DNA from: Gemmatimonadota bacterium
GTDB taxonomy: Bacteria > Latescibacterota > UBA2968 > UBA8231
Reading direction: 5' to 3'
Assembly: GCA_038128265.1 (NCBI GenBank)
Contig: JAYPJE010000018.1
Coordinates: forward strand, 12,555 to 76,554
DNA length: 64,000 nucleotides
Shown here: in pieces, positions 1 to 9,738 of the stretch
How positions within the stretch are numbered: position 1 is the stretch's first letter
Layout of the letters: each line of letters opens with the position of its first letter
Translations under genes and position numbers: made by a program
The notes under the pieces: generated by a model
Database searches by the model: none
Seen by the model: the letters and a program-made list of their open reading frames with translations, nothing else
Told to the model about the DNA's origin: nothing

Positions 1-2
1 GC

Positions 3-1796
3 TTTCGCGATCCGACCGTGCTGTATCAACCCAGGGGCACCAGCGTGCGCGAGGATACGACCAACGCACCCGGAGAGGCCATCGACTTCAACCACAGGCC
101 GGGGTGGATCAGCTCGCTGTTTTTCGAGACCGATCAAAATATTGCCGCGCGCGCGCTCGAGCGCGACGGACGCGTCTTTTTGGTTAACGCATTTTACGGC
201 GCGACGGAAGCCGAACAGCTGCGCGGCACGGTCAACGGAGATCACGACGTAGCCTTCGAACGCAGGCCTAGCCTAACGGACCCCACACCCAAAATACGCG
301 ACGTGTGGGTCGGACTCGATTTTGCGGAGCTCGTCGGCATACATCGCGTGCGCTTTTACCCGCGCAATACGGTGGAGGCAGCGCCGTTTTTTTCTTTCCA
401 GGACGACTATCTACGCGCCTATGAGCTGTGGATCAATCCCTTTGAAACCGACCTGGCAACGCCCGACGTATTGGTGCGGCGCAACACGGCCAACGAACAT
501 CCCGTCGTCGACATACAGATGGCGCCGCAGTATATACGCCAGCTCAAGCTACGATCGCTGACGGCCGTGCCTTTTGAACTCGACGAAATCGAAGTCTACG
601 GCACCGGCTATATGAATCAGGGTAGGTATCTATCGGACATTATCGATTTGGGCGATCGTGCATCCATTGGACCGCTGCGCTGGGTGGAAGACGCGGTCGG
701 CGACTCGCTCTTTTCCAAGCTGAGCGTGCGCCTGCGCACCGGCCACGACGACACGCCGCTTATCTACCAGCAGTGGTTGCGCGATTCGCAGGGGCGCATT
801 ACCGGACCAACCAACGTCACGCCCGAGCAGTACTACGCGCTGGAGCGCCGCGACCGCGTCGCGCTCGGACCAGAGGACGGCGACAACTGGAGTCCCTGGT
901 TTACCGTCGAGCGCGGTAGACTAGCCGCCGCTCCACTGCCTCGCCGCTACGCGCAACTCGAATTGGCGTTTGAAGGCCGGCTCTTCGACAGCCGATTGGT
1001 CAGAAACATCGAGTTCGAATATCTCGTGCCGCCCATCGCCGACGGACTATGGGCCGAGGTCTATCCGCGTCTGGCCGAGGCCGAGCGACCTGCGAGCTTT
1101 CGCTATGGCGTCCGCCTAAAAAACAGGGGCGACGCGCGCGGCTTCGATCGCTTGGAAGTAGATACTAACGTTGCAGTGACTGCCGTGCGCGAGCTAACAA
1201 TAGACGGCCAGCCGACTGAATTCGAGGTCGAATACGTGCGCGAAGACGGGTTTGCACTGCGCTTTCCGCTGGTTCAGCAAGACGGGGCCGTGCTAGAATT
1301 CACCTTTGATCTGCCCATTTTCCGCTTTGGCACGACCTTCTCGGGGCGCGCCTTCAACGCGCAATTTGCCTCCGTGCCACAGCAGCTACAGGCGGGGGAT
1401 GCCGTCGACTTTGGGCCCGATGATTTCGGCCCACTCTCCGGGCTCTTTGTCGCCATTCCAAAGAAGCAGCTGGGCAAGCTAGTCGGCGAAATTGCGGTCG
1501 ATAGCCGCATATTCACCCCCAACGGCGATGGGATAAATGAGCAGTTTGACCTGTCATTTAACCTGCTGCAGTTAGTCAAACCGGCGCCCGTTACGCTCGA
1601 CCTATTCGACCTGAGCGGTCGACTCGTGCGCCGCGCGTGTAGCCAAGAGTTGGGCATTGGACCAGCCAAATGTGCGTGGGATGGGCTATTAGACGACGGG
1701 CGTTTAGCGGCTCCGGGCACCTACCTATGGGTGCTCACCGTGCGCGCCGACGCATTTGACGAGCAACACACGGGTGCGATTTCACTTGCATACTGA
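3..1796 (+). CDS. Family-A (subtype A2) exported protein: discoidin-like module + Ig-like domains + C-terminal FlgD-Ig/CHU_C-like domain; 5'-truncated by window edge
   Basis: Frame is open from nt 3 (FRDPTV...). Motifs LDF..IHRVRFYPRNTV, DEIEVYG, RTG.D, WSPW, IFTPNGDGINE, WDG...PGTY; ends ISLAY. Collinear with the paralog at 36716-38641. Confidence 0.8.
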   Translation, partial: FRDPTVLYQPRGTSVREDTTNAPGEAIDFNHRPGWISSLFFETDQNIAARALERDGRVFLVNAFYGATEAEQLRGTVNGDHDVAFERRPSLTDPTPKIRDVWVGLDFAELVGIHRVRFYPRNTVEAAPFFSFQDDYLRAYELWINPFETDLATPDVLVRRNTANEHPVVDIQMAPQYIRQLKLRSLTAVPFELDEIEVYGTGYMNQGRYLSDIIDLGDRASIGPLRWVEDAVGDSLFSKLSVRLRTGHDDTPLIYQQWLRDSQGRITGPTNVTPEQYYALERRDRVALGPEDGDNWSPWFTVERGRLAAAPLPRRYAQLELAFEGRLFDSRLVRNIEFEYLVPPIADGLWAEVYPRLAEAERPASFRYGVRLKNRGDARGFDRLEVDTNVAVTAVRELTIDGQPTEFEVEYVREDGFALRFPLVQQDGAVLEFTFDLPIFRFGTTFSGRAFNAQFASVPQQLQAGDAVDFGPDDFGPLSGLFVAIPKKQLGKLVGEIAVDSRIFTPNGDGINEQFDLSFNLLQLVKPAPVTLDLFDLSGRLVRRACSQELGIGPAKCAWDGLLDDGRLAAPGTYLWVLTVRADAFDEQHTGAISLAY

Positions 1797-1819
1797 GAGA
1801 GGAACCTAGCGCCAAAACC

Positions 1820-4474
1820 ATGCTGAATAGAATGCGACTTTACACGCTGGCGGCCTGGGCCGTACTGGCCCTGTCTGGCATACCGCTGAGCGCGCAGGAC
1901 TACGGCACGCGTTTGGGGACCGTCCAGCGCGGCGGCAAGGTCTCGTTTGAACCCGCCGGGCCAGGCGTGCTCTTTGACGCGCTCGACCCGACGCTGCGGC
2001 GCTGGTACGTGCCGCAGGAGCTCTATTCCGAATACCAGTGGAAGCAGTGGGAGTACGCCAACTACGCGCGCGAAAACTACCAGCGCTACGTTTCGACCTC
2101 GTTAGAGGGCAATTTCTTCTACGATCTCTACGGCAACTTCGTCACGCGCGGCTGGCTGATCTACGACTGGCAAGAGCTCAGCCCCGAACCCTTTGGCAGC
2201 TCGCTAACCAAAACCTCACTGTTCGGTCGCTGGTTTAATAATTTGGTGGTGGCATCCGACCACAAGGGGCAGTACCACTACGCCATCACCGTTGGCAACG
2301 AAATACGCACCACGCTGACGCCCATGACTTTTTCCAAACCGCTGTTTAACGGCATACAGTGGGACTTTGCCACCGACAAGTACGAAGCGACGCTGCTGCT
2401 TTCGCGCATTAGCGATCCCAACTCGTTTATGGTTGGCGGCACGGCGCGGCAGTTGACCGACAATACCAACCTAGCCGGTGGACGCATGACCGTACAGGTA
2501 GGCGACTTCGTCCGACTCGGCGGCACCTTTGTCAACGCCCACCACAGCTATACGCGCGCCGAGGCGTTCAGCGATGACATCTTTAAGGGCAACCTGCTCG
2601 GCGTGCAGAACGAAGAGCCCGTTGGCGCTATCTTCGTCCGCATACGCGACGATTCGCCAGAAGACGGCGAGAGCGGTGGAGCGCTTTTCGCCAGCGATAT
2701 CGTGATAGAAAACCTGGCGGGCGAGGAAACGCGCGGTTCCGAAATCGGCTTCCGTGCCTCCATCGAAGGCGGCTTCCAGCGCCGCGGCTTTCTGTCGGCC
2801 GATGGCAGCGAAGAGATCGTCCTGACTTTTGACTTTGCCGATCCCACCTATACCGGGCCCGATGCGAGCCAGATTCGCCGGGTCGTTCTAGAGCTGGTGC
2901 TGGCCAACGACTATGCGGTAGACATGAGCTCCGATCGCCAGACCGCGATCAACGGCGGCCGCGTATACCTCCCCGTGGCTCGAGCTTCGGGCAATGTGCA
3001 GGATGGATCAAACCAGCGCGTGCTCGCCTTTGAATACGGCCTGCCGACAGCCAACCAGATCGTCGGCTTTACGATGGAAATGACCGACCTAGAGGGGGTA
3101 GAAGCGCACCTCGAATACAATATCAACCACCGCTATCGAAAGTATCCCAACCCGCGTCTGAATATGCATAGTGCCGCCAGCACGCGCGCCGACGCGTGGA
3201 CCGCCCAACTGTCCAAGCAAGCATATCCATTCTTTTTTTATGGCGAAGCGTTTGATGTAGATGACCACTACAGCACTTCTATGGATGTAGTTGATGAAAA
3301 CGGCGCCCTAGACTACAACCGCGAGATACAGCGCTACGAATTTGTCGAGGACAACGACGACCAGGACCGGCGGCCGGACTGGAAGCGAAAGGGCTGGAGT
3401 TTTGGCGATTTGGAAATTTTTCCCGGCTGGGATGAAAACAACGACTTTGTCTCTGATTTCAACCAAAACGACAACGAGATTAGCCCGAACCGCGTGCCCG
3501 ACTACGACGAGCCCTTTCTGCGCTTCCGCACCGACCGACCTGAATTCCTCTACGGCATCGACATGAATCACAACGGCACGATCGACCGCTTCGAAAACGA
3601 CGAAGAGGCCGATTTGCCCTATCAACGCAACCGCAGGGGGTTTAATACCTATGCCGGGGCGTACGCACATCCCGACGTGCGCCTGACCTTGGGTTGGACG
3701 CGCACGGGTGAAAAGGCGTCGGCAGGGCGCAGCCGCGCACTATACGCCCTTGCCACGATCGATCACAGTTACCGACGCTTGGGGCGCGTGCAGCTATTCC
3801 AAGACCTGCGCAAAGTGCGCGATACGATTGCCGACGACCTGGTGCAGTGGCTGCAGCCACCCAATTCGCGCGGGGATTTATTCCCGGTGCCCGACGAACT
3901 GCCGGCCCGCGATACAATCGTCAATACGACGTGGGTCGGCTGGCAGATAGAGCCACTAATCGGGCTGCGCTTCGCCCACAAGCTCAAGTGGCAGCGCTAC
4001 CAGCAGTTGGCCAACGACCAGCAGTTAGACCTAGCGGGCCTGCGCCGCACAGCCGCATTTCTCGGCGCGGTCAGCCAGGTCGAATACCAGCTCAGCTTGA
4101 ACAAACTCAGCCTCGTACCCGGCTGGAAAAGCGAGTATATCGACCGCGCACCCGTGCTGCGCAGACGGGCGCGCGAGCGCGAGTGGAGCCAGTTCTTTAT
4201 GCTGCTCATGCGCCTACCTATCATGCGCCGCAGCACGTTAGAAGGAGGCGTAGAGTACGAGATCTTCTCCCAGCTGCGCAATCCGCGTCCTCCGGGCGCC
4301 GAAGACTCGTTTAACGGCCTCGTCGCAGCCATACAGCTCAATAACGTATCGGAATATCTGGGCTATCGGCTGACCACGCTGGCCGGTCTCCAGGTAACGC
4401 GGCGCAACTTTGAAATCGAGGGAACGCAGACCAATACGCGCGGTTTTATGACCGTTTTTGCCGGAGTCGAATAG
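1820..4474 (+). CDS. Family-B large exported/outer-membrane protein (884 aa), putative beta-barrel with Asp-rich loops
   Basis: GAGAGG RBS; signal peptide (…PLSA/Q); DNDDQD, GWDENNDF, DMNHNGTID motifs; amphipathic C-terminal strands ending GFMTVFAGVE; close paralog at 33956-36673. Confidence 0.8.
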   Translation: MLNRMRLYTLAAWAVLALSGIPLSAQDYGTRLGTVQRGGKVSFEPAGPGVLFDALDPTLRRWYVPQELYSEYQWKQWEYANYARENYQRYVSTSLEGNFFYDLYGNFVTRGWLIYDWQELSPEPFGSSLTKTSLFGRWFNNLVVASDHKGQYHYAITVGNEIRTTLTPMTFSKPLFNGIQWDFATDKYEATLLLSRISDPNSFMVGGTARQLTDNTNLAGGRMTVQVGDFVRLGGTFVNAHHSYTRAEAFSDDIFKGNLLGVQNEEPVGAIFVRIRDDSPEDGESGGALFASDIVIENLAGEETRGSEIGFRASIEGGFQRRGFLSADGSEEIVLTFDFADPTYTGPDASQIRRVVLELVLANDYAVDMSSDRQTAINGGRVYLPVARASGNVQDGSNQRVLAFEYGLPTANQIVGFTMEMTDLEGVEAHLEYNINHRYRKYPNPRLNMHSAASTRADAWTAQLSKQAYPFFFYGEAFDVDDHYSTSMDVVDENGALDYNREIQRYEFVEDNDDQDRRPDWKRKGWSFGDLEIFPGWDENNDFVSDFNQNDNEISPNRVPDYDEPFLRFRTDRPEFLYGIDMNHNGTIDRFENDEEADLPYQRNRRGFNTYAGAYAHPDVRLTLGWTRTGEKASAGRSRALYALATIDHSYRRLGRVQLFQDLRKVRDTIADDLVQWLQPPNSRGDLFPVPDELPARDTIVNTTWVGWQIEPLIGLRFAHKLKWQRYQQLANDQQLDLAGLRRTAAFLGAVSQVEYQLSLNKLSLVPGWKSEYIDRAPVLRRRAREREWSQFFMLLMRLPIMRRSTLEGGVEYEIFSQLRNPRPPGAEDSFNGLVAAIQLNNVSEYLGYRLTTLAGLQVTRRNFEIEGTQTNTRGFMTVFAGVE

Positions 4475-4475
4475 C

Positions 4476-6323
4476 GTGATCGCACAACGGTGCATAGGTC
4501 GTGCTCTCCCAATATTCGCCGTTCTGCTGCTGCTGGCCGCATGCAGCGATGAGGGCCGTCGGCTTATTGATACGTCTTCTTCTCAGGACGCAGTAGACCA
4601 TTCGATCTTTGCCGATGCCGGACTAGAGGGAGCCGTGCGCTCGGCGCTACAAACGCCCCGCGGTCCGATCGATCAGACTGCGTTAGAGAACCTTGCATCA
4701 CTAGATGGCAGCAATCGCGGCATTGTCGACCTGCAGGGCATCGAACGGCTGCGCGGCCTGCGGCAGCTGCGCCTGGCACACAACGAAATCCGCGACCCAA
4801 CGCCGCTGAGTGCGCTCGACTCGCTCGCCGTGCTCGACCTGTCGAACAACGCACTTTTTAGTGCAGTAGCGCTTGCTCCGCTCGTTCAGCTAACCCACCT
4901 AAATCTCGATTTCAATCGCATTTTCTCCGTTGTGCCACTGGCGCAGCTAGAACGCTTAGAATTACTCAACCTCCACGCCAATCGCGTTTCCGACATTGCC
5001 GCGCTGGCCGGACTGCAGCGCCTGAAAAGCGTCGAGCTATCGGGCAACCCGCTCAGCGCAGAGGCTATCGCCACCGACTTGCCGGCTCTGGTGCGGCGCG
5101 GCGTCCAGGTCCATTTCTACCGCAGCGAGGGCGTCTTATTAATACCCGACTTGCAGCTAGAAGCGCTGCTGCGACGCGTTACCAACAAGAATCTCGGCAA
5201 CCTGACCCAAGGCGACCTCAACCGCGTCGTGCGACTGAACATAGAGGGCAGCGACCGCATCAGCGATTTGCGCGGCATTGAAAACCTAGTCAACCTTACA
5301 ACGCTGCGCATAAGCGACACGCGCGTTCCCAACGCCTTTCCCATTGCCGGGCTAAACAGGCTGCGCACGCTTGAAATAAACAATACGCGCATTGAAGACG
5401 TGTCTTTTACCGCCGAATTGGTCGAACTGCGCACGCTCGCGCTCAACAACACCGGCGTGGAAGACATCGGACCGCTGGCCAACCTAACCCAGCTGCAAAC
5501 GCTGTCGCTCATCGGCAATAAGATCGACGACCTGCAGCCGCTGGCCGGACTGACGCGGCTTTTGCGCCTCGAGCTGGCGCGCAACCGGATTCGCTCCGTG
5601 CGCCCGCTGAGCGGTCTGGCCCGCCTGAACATTCTCAACGCCGCCGACAACTCCATTGACGACCTGTCGCCGCTCAGTGGCCTCACGTCGCTCGACGCAC
5701 TTGATCTAACGGCCAATTTCGTCGAAGACGTCTCTCCGCTCAGCCCGCTAGACCGCTCGCTCAACCAGCTGATCTTGGCGGAAAACCGCATCGTCGACAT
5801 ACGGGGTTTAGCGGCGCTAAACCGCATCGTCCAACTCGACCTGTCCAACAACGCACTCGTCGATATAAGCACGCTGAGCCGCCTGACGCGCCTGCGCGAA
5901 CTCGACCTGTCTGGCAATCGCATTGAGCGCATTGACGCACTGGCCGAACTGCCCCTTCGCGTGCTCGACCTAGCCAATAACCAGCTAGTAGACATCGGTG
6001 CACTGGCCGATCTAGATCGGCTTACATCCCTCTTTATTTTTAATAATTTGGTAAGCGACATAGCGCCGCTGGCCAACCTGCAAGCGCTTGAAATACTCGA
6101 TCTATCGGTTAATCGCGTGAGCGACCTAACGCCGCTTTCAGGCCTAGTTAGGCTGCGCCAGTTCAGCGCCATTGCCAACCGCATCGAACAGCTAACGCCG
6201 CTGCTCGAATTGGAAGACCTGCAGTTTGTCGCCCTAATCGGCAACCGCCTAAACGCGCAGTCACTGAGCATAGAAGTGGGGCAGCTGCGCGAACGCGGCG
6301 TAGAAGTGGTGCTCGGCGAATGA
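4476..6323 (+). CDS. Family-C internalin-like leucine-rich-repeat lipoprotein
   Basis: GTG start just after the upstream TAG; lipobox LAAC; FAD..LE..VR cap; 22-aa LxxLxLxxNxIxDIxPL repeats in two blocks (about 6 + 16); RGV.V caps. Confidence 0.88.
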   Translation: MIAQRCIGRALPIFAVLLLLAACSDEGRRLIDTSSSQDAVDHSIFADAGLEGAVRSALQTPRGPIDQTALENLASLDGSNRGIVDLQGIERLRGLRQLRLAHNEIRDPTPLSALDSLAVLDLSNNALFSAVALAPLVQLTHLNLDFNRIFSVVPLAQLERLELLNLHANRVSDIAALAGLQRLKSVELSGNPLSAEAIATDLPALVRRGVQVHFYRSEGVLLIPDLQLEALLRRVTNKNLGNLTQGDLNRVVRLNIEGSDRISDLRGIENLVNLTTLRISDTRVPNAFPIAGLNRLRTLEINNTRIEDVSFTAELVELRTLALNNTGVEDIGPLANLTQLQTLSLIGNKIDDLQPLAGLTRLLRLELARNRIRSVRPLSGLARLNILNAADNSIDDLSPLSGLTSLDALDLTANFVEDVSPLSPLDRSLNQLILAENRIVDIRGLAALNRIVQLDLSNNALVDISTLSRLTRLRELDLSGNRIERIDALAELPLRVLDLANNQLVDIGALADLDRLTSLFIFNNLVSDIAPLANLQALEILDLSVNRVSDLTPLSGLVRLRQFSAIANRIEQLTPLLELEDLQFVALIGNRLNAQSLSIEVGQLRERGVEVVLGE

Positions 6324-8158
6324 GATATATAGCTCTCTACGTTGTCTGCGTGCTGCTGGCAGCGCACGCCCCAGTGCAGGCGCTCGATACGCTGCGCGTG
6401 GGGCGCGGTGCCGATGCCATGCGCTGGTCATCCATCGTTGAATCGGCCGCTTTTGTCGGGGTATCGGACGACTCGATTTGGACGTGGCCAACCGAACGCG
6501 GACAAAACCTCATCGCCGGCCTGCGCGAACGCGGCGGCCTCATCGCCGCTCAGATACAGGTGCTGACGCCCGGCGGCTATGTCGACGCGCTGTCCGAGCG
6601 CGAGCAATTGGCGCACTGGATCGACGGCGACGCGTCTACAGCCTGGGGACCGGACAGCGATCTGGAGGTAGGGCGGCGCGCCATTATCTACATCGACTTA
6701 GGCGCGACCTTCCGCATTGACCGCATCCGCTTCTACCCGCGCCTAGACAGCGACAATCGAGGACGGCTGCTCAGCAGCTTTGCGCTGGCCAGCAGCGATG
6801 GGCAGGAGGGCTCGCCGCTCAACGCGCCGTACCGCACGCTGCCAGGCCTGACCTTTTCTTCCTTTAACCCCAACCGCCAGCCCGTTGTCGATGTGCACTT
6901 TGAGCGGCGCGACATCCGCTATATCCGGTTAATTTCGCAAACCGGCGAACCGTGGGAGCTAGCCGAGTTTGAGGTATACGCCGAGGGCACGATGCCGAGC
7001 GGCACATTTACTTCGACCCCGCTTTTTATACGCGGCGGCTATCCCATCTGGGGCGCGATGTCCTACGAAGGCGGCGATTTGCAAACGCTGCCCATCGTCG
7101 TGCAGACGCGCACGGGCCCGGACGACGAGCCCCTGCACTATTTTTTGCAGCGCGGCGACGAGTTGGAGCGCGTTTCCGCCGAGGAATACGCTGCCTTTAA
7201 CCCACTCGACTTTTCCGGCGCCGCCGAAGTCAACCAGGGCCCCATTCAACCCAACCCGGCGTGGAGCCCGTGGCAGACCGTAACGGATGGACTCGTTCCA
7301 TCGCCGGCGCCGAGGCGCTACATTCAGTTCCGCGTCGAAATGACAGAGCCGGGCACCGCCATCGAAAACTTTCTGATTGAGTACGTGCAGCAGCCGTTGG
7401 CCGATGAGCTAGTGGCCGAAGTCAGTCCGCTCGTCGTCGCGGCAGGCGCACTGACCGAATTTACTCTATCTCTACAAGTGCAGCTCAACCACGGGCGCGG
7501 CGATACGGGCTTTCGCTATCTGCAGGTGCGCACACCGGCCGCCATTGACCGCGTGCTAGCGGTGCGCGTCGACGACCGAGATGCCGTATTCACGCCACAG
7601 TACGATGAGAGAGGATTCACCATCGATATATGGGAGCGCATCGCCCAGTCGGGCACGTTTGTCCAGATCGACTTTGCGGCGACGGTACTGCGAGATGGAA
7701 CGACCTTTGAAGTGCGCGCACTAGACGAACGCGCCGAGGATGGACGCGTCGAATCCGTCTACCAAACGGCGCGAGCAGGCGATGTCGATCCGCTATCGGT
7801 GGGGGGCGAATTGAGCGTGCGCTTGCGCGATGAGCGCAGCCCGCTGATTAAAAACTTGGCCGCCCGCTCGACGACCATTACACCCAACGGCGACGGCATA
7901 AACGATGCGCTAGAGGTTTCGTACGACCTCCTCAAGCTAACCGAAAACGCCGCGGTATTCTTCCAAATATTCGATATGAGCGGCGCGCTGGTCGCGCAGG
8001 GAAGGAGCCTAGAGCACAGCGGCCGCTTTGTGCGCGTGTGGCGCGGTGAAGACGGCAGCGGACGGCGCGTGCTGCCGGGCATCTACCTATACCAGGTCGA
8101 GGTCGAGGCCGATGTAGGCACGACGAGACGGCTGGGTTCCGTGCGCGTTACCTACTAA
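6320..8158 (+). CDS. Family-A (subtype A3) exported protein with C-terminal FlgD-Ig/CHU_C-like domain
   Basis: ATGA overlap with the LRR stop; signal peptide (VQA/L); IDGD..TAW, YIDLG..IRFYPR, QTRTGPD, WSPW, ITPNGDGIND; ends VRVTY. Confidence 0.82.
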   Translation: MRYIALYVVCVLLAAHAPVQALDTLRVGRGADAMRWSSIVESAAFVGVSDDSIWTWPTERGQNLIAGLRERGGLIAAQIQVLTPGGYVDALSEREQLAHWIDGDASTAWGPDSDLEVGRRAIIYIDLGATFRIDRIRFYPRLDSDNRGRLLSSFALASSDGQEGSPLNAPYRTLPGLTFSSFNPNRQPVVDVHFERRDIRYIRLISQTGEPWELAEFEVYAEGTMPSGTFTSTPLFIRGGYPIWGAMSYEGGDLQTLPIVVQTRTGPDDEPLHYFLQRGDELERVSAEEYAAFNPLDFSGAAEVNQGPIQPNPAWSPWQTVTDGLVPSPAPRRYIQFRVEMTEPGTAIENFLIEYVQQPLADELVAEVSPLVVAAGALTEFTLSLQVQLNHGRGDTGFRYLQVRTPAAIDRVLAVRVDDRDAVFTPQYDERGFTIDIWERIAQSGTFVQIDFAATVLRDGTTFEVRALDERAEDGRVESVYQTARAGDVDPLSVGGELSVRLRDERSPLIKNLAARSTTITPNGDGINDALEVSYDLLKLTENAAVFFQIFDMSGALVAQGRSLEHSGRFVRVWRGEDGSGRRVLPGIYLYQVEVEADVGTTRRLGSVRVTY

Positions 8159-8259
8159 GCAAATCGAGGGAACAACAACGAAGGCGCGACCGGCACGGTT
8201 GTTTGTCGTCGAATGACCTCCTATCTTGTAGGCCTATTTTTCACCAGCAGGAGCCGCCG

Positions 8260-9738
8260 ATGAGCAAACGCACTGCAGCGCGCGGCTGGGACCGCAACTG
8301 GCCTGCCGCCGCCGCTTTCCTAGCGCCAAACTTCCTCGGATTCCTCTGCTTCACGCTCTTTCCCGTGCTGCTCTCCTTTGCTATGGCCTTTCACCACTGG
8401 ACGTTGCGCCCCAGTGAAAAAGTGCAGTTTGTAGGCCTGCGCAACTTTGCCGACGTAGTGGGCGTCCGCGCAATCGACGCACCGCACTACGACGTGCTGG
8501 CCCTCTACACGACCTGCATATTGGCGCTGGTAGCCGGTCTAATCGGTCTGCTCCTGGCCAGCGTGCATGCTTGGCGCGGAGGGCGCGTTGGGGGCATAGC
8601 GGTGTGCGTGACGGGCTTAGCGTTGGTCTGCGGCGCCGTTGCAAGCGGGGCGGCAGGGCACCGCGGTGCGCTGGCTTTTTGGTTTAGCGAGGGCGGGCAG
8701 GGCCTGTTTTTCGCCGGTCTGCTGCTCCTACTGTGCGGAGCGGCCGTCGCTGCACGCGAAGACAGTGCGTGGGATTGGGGAGCCGGCGCTCTACCGGGCG
8801 TGGCCATCGCCCTAGCGGTCTTGGGCCTATGGCAGTTAGACGGGGCCATGTGGTCGGCCTATGAGCCGCGCGATGCGCGCTTTTGGTACTATTTCTACAA
8901 CACGCTTTTTCTCATGATGGGCCTACCCATCGCCGTAGGAGGCGCGCTCTCGCTGGCCCTGCTGCTCAACGAGGAACTGCCGCTCGGCCCGTGGCGCCAG
9001 CGCCTTCCGGGTGCGCTGGCCTGCCTTGGGCTAGCCCTGTTCTGCGCCGTGCTGGGCTTTGGCCTCGGTTGGAAAAATATCGGCCTGCTCGCCGCGCTGG
9101 TCTGGCTCTTTGCCGGACTGGGCTTTCTATTCAACATCGTCACCTTTCGCACCATCTTCTACCTGCCGCAGTTCACCTCCGGCGTTGCCGTCTTTATTCT
9201 GTGGAAGTCGCTCTACCGGCCCGAGACCGGCCCCATTAACATCGGGTTAGAAGCCGGCTTTGACGCGCTCGGACTAGCGCTATTAGCACCGTCCTGGCTG
9301 GCCGAAATCGCCTGGGCCAAATCGGCTATTTTAGCAATGGGCGTGTGGATTTTTATCGGCGGGCAAAACATGCTGCTCTACCTAGCCGCCCTCTCCAACG
9401 TGCCACAGGAGCTGCTCGAGGCCGCCTCCATCGACGGCGCCAGCCGCTGGCAGCGCTTTCGCCACGTGACCTGGCCGCAGCTAGCCCCGACAACGTTCTT
9501 TATCACCGTCGTCTCCGTAATAGGCGGTCTGCAGGGCGGCTTTGAACAGGCGCGCGTAATGACGGGCGGCGGCCCGGCCGGCTCGACGACGGCGCTCAGT
9601 TACTACATCTATAACAAGATGTTCCAAGACCTCGACATGGGCTATGCCGCGGCCATTTCCTGGGTCCTATTCGCCTTTATCTTCCTAGCGACGGCGCTCA
9701 ACTGGCGCTTTGGGCGCGACCAGGAGGTGGACCTGTGA
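8260..9738 (+). CDS. Carbohydrate ABC transporter permease (MalF/UgpA-like) with extra transmembrane insertions
   Basis: ATG 8260 after CAGGAG; FLAPN…F.GL.NF, FRTIFYLP, EAA loop EAASIDGASRWQRFRHVTWPQL, MGYAAA. Confidence 0.88.
   Translation: MSKRTAARGWDRNWPAAAAFLAPNFLGFLCFTLFPVLLSFAMAFHHWTLRPSEKVQFVGLRNFADVVGVRAIDAPHYDVLALYTTCILALVAGLIGLLLASVHAWRGGRVGGIAVCVTGLALVCGAVASGAAGHRGALAFWFSEGGQGLFFAGLLLLLCGAAVAAREDSAWDWGAGALPGVAIALAVLGLWQLDGAMWSAYEPRDARFWYYFYNTLFLMMGLPIAVGGALSLALLLNEELPLGPWRQRLPGALACLGLALFCAVLGFGLGWKNIGLLAALVWLFAGLGFLFNIVTFRTIFYLPQFTSGVAVFILWKSLYRPETGPINIGLEAGFDALGLALLAPSWLAEIAWAKSAILAMGVWIFIGGQNMLLYLAALSNVPQELLEAASIDGASRWQRFRHVTWPQLAPTTFFITVVSVIGGLQGGFEQARVMTGGGPAGSTTALSYYIYNKMFQDLDMGYAAAISWVLFAFIFLATALNWRFGRDQEVDL

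Noticed and set aside
5117..6367. 416-aa minus-strand Ser/Arg-rich ORF
   Set aside because: Antisense shadow of the LRR gene; low-complexity translation caused by Leu/Asp codon repeats.
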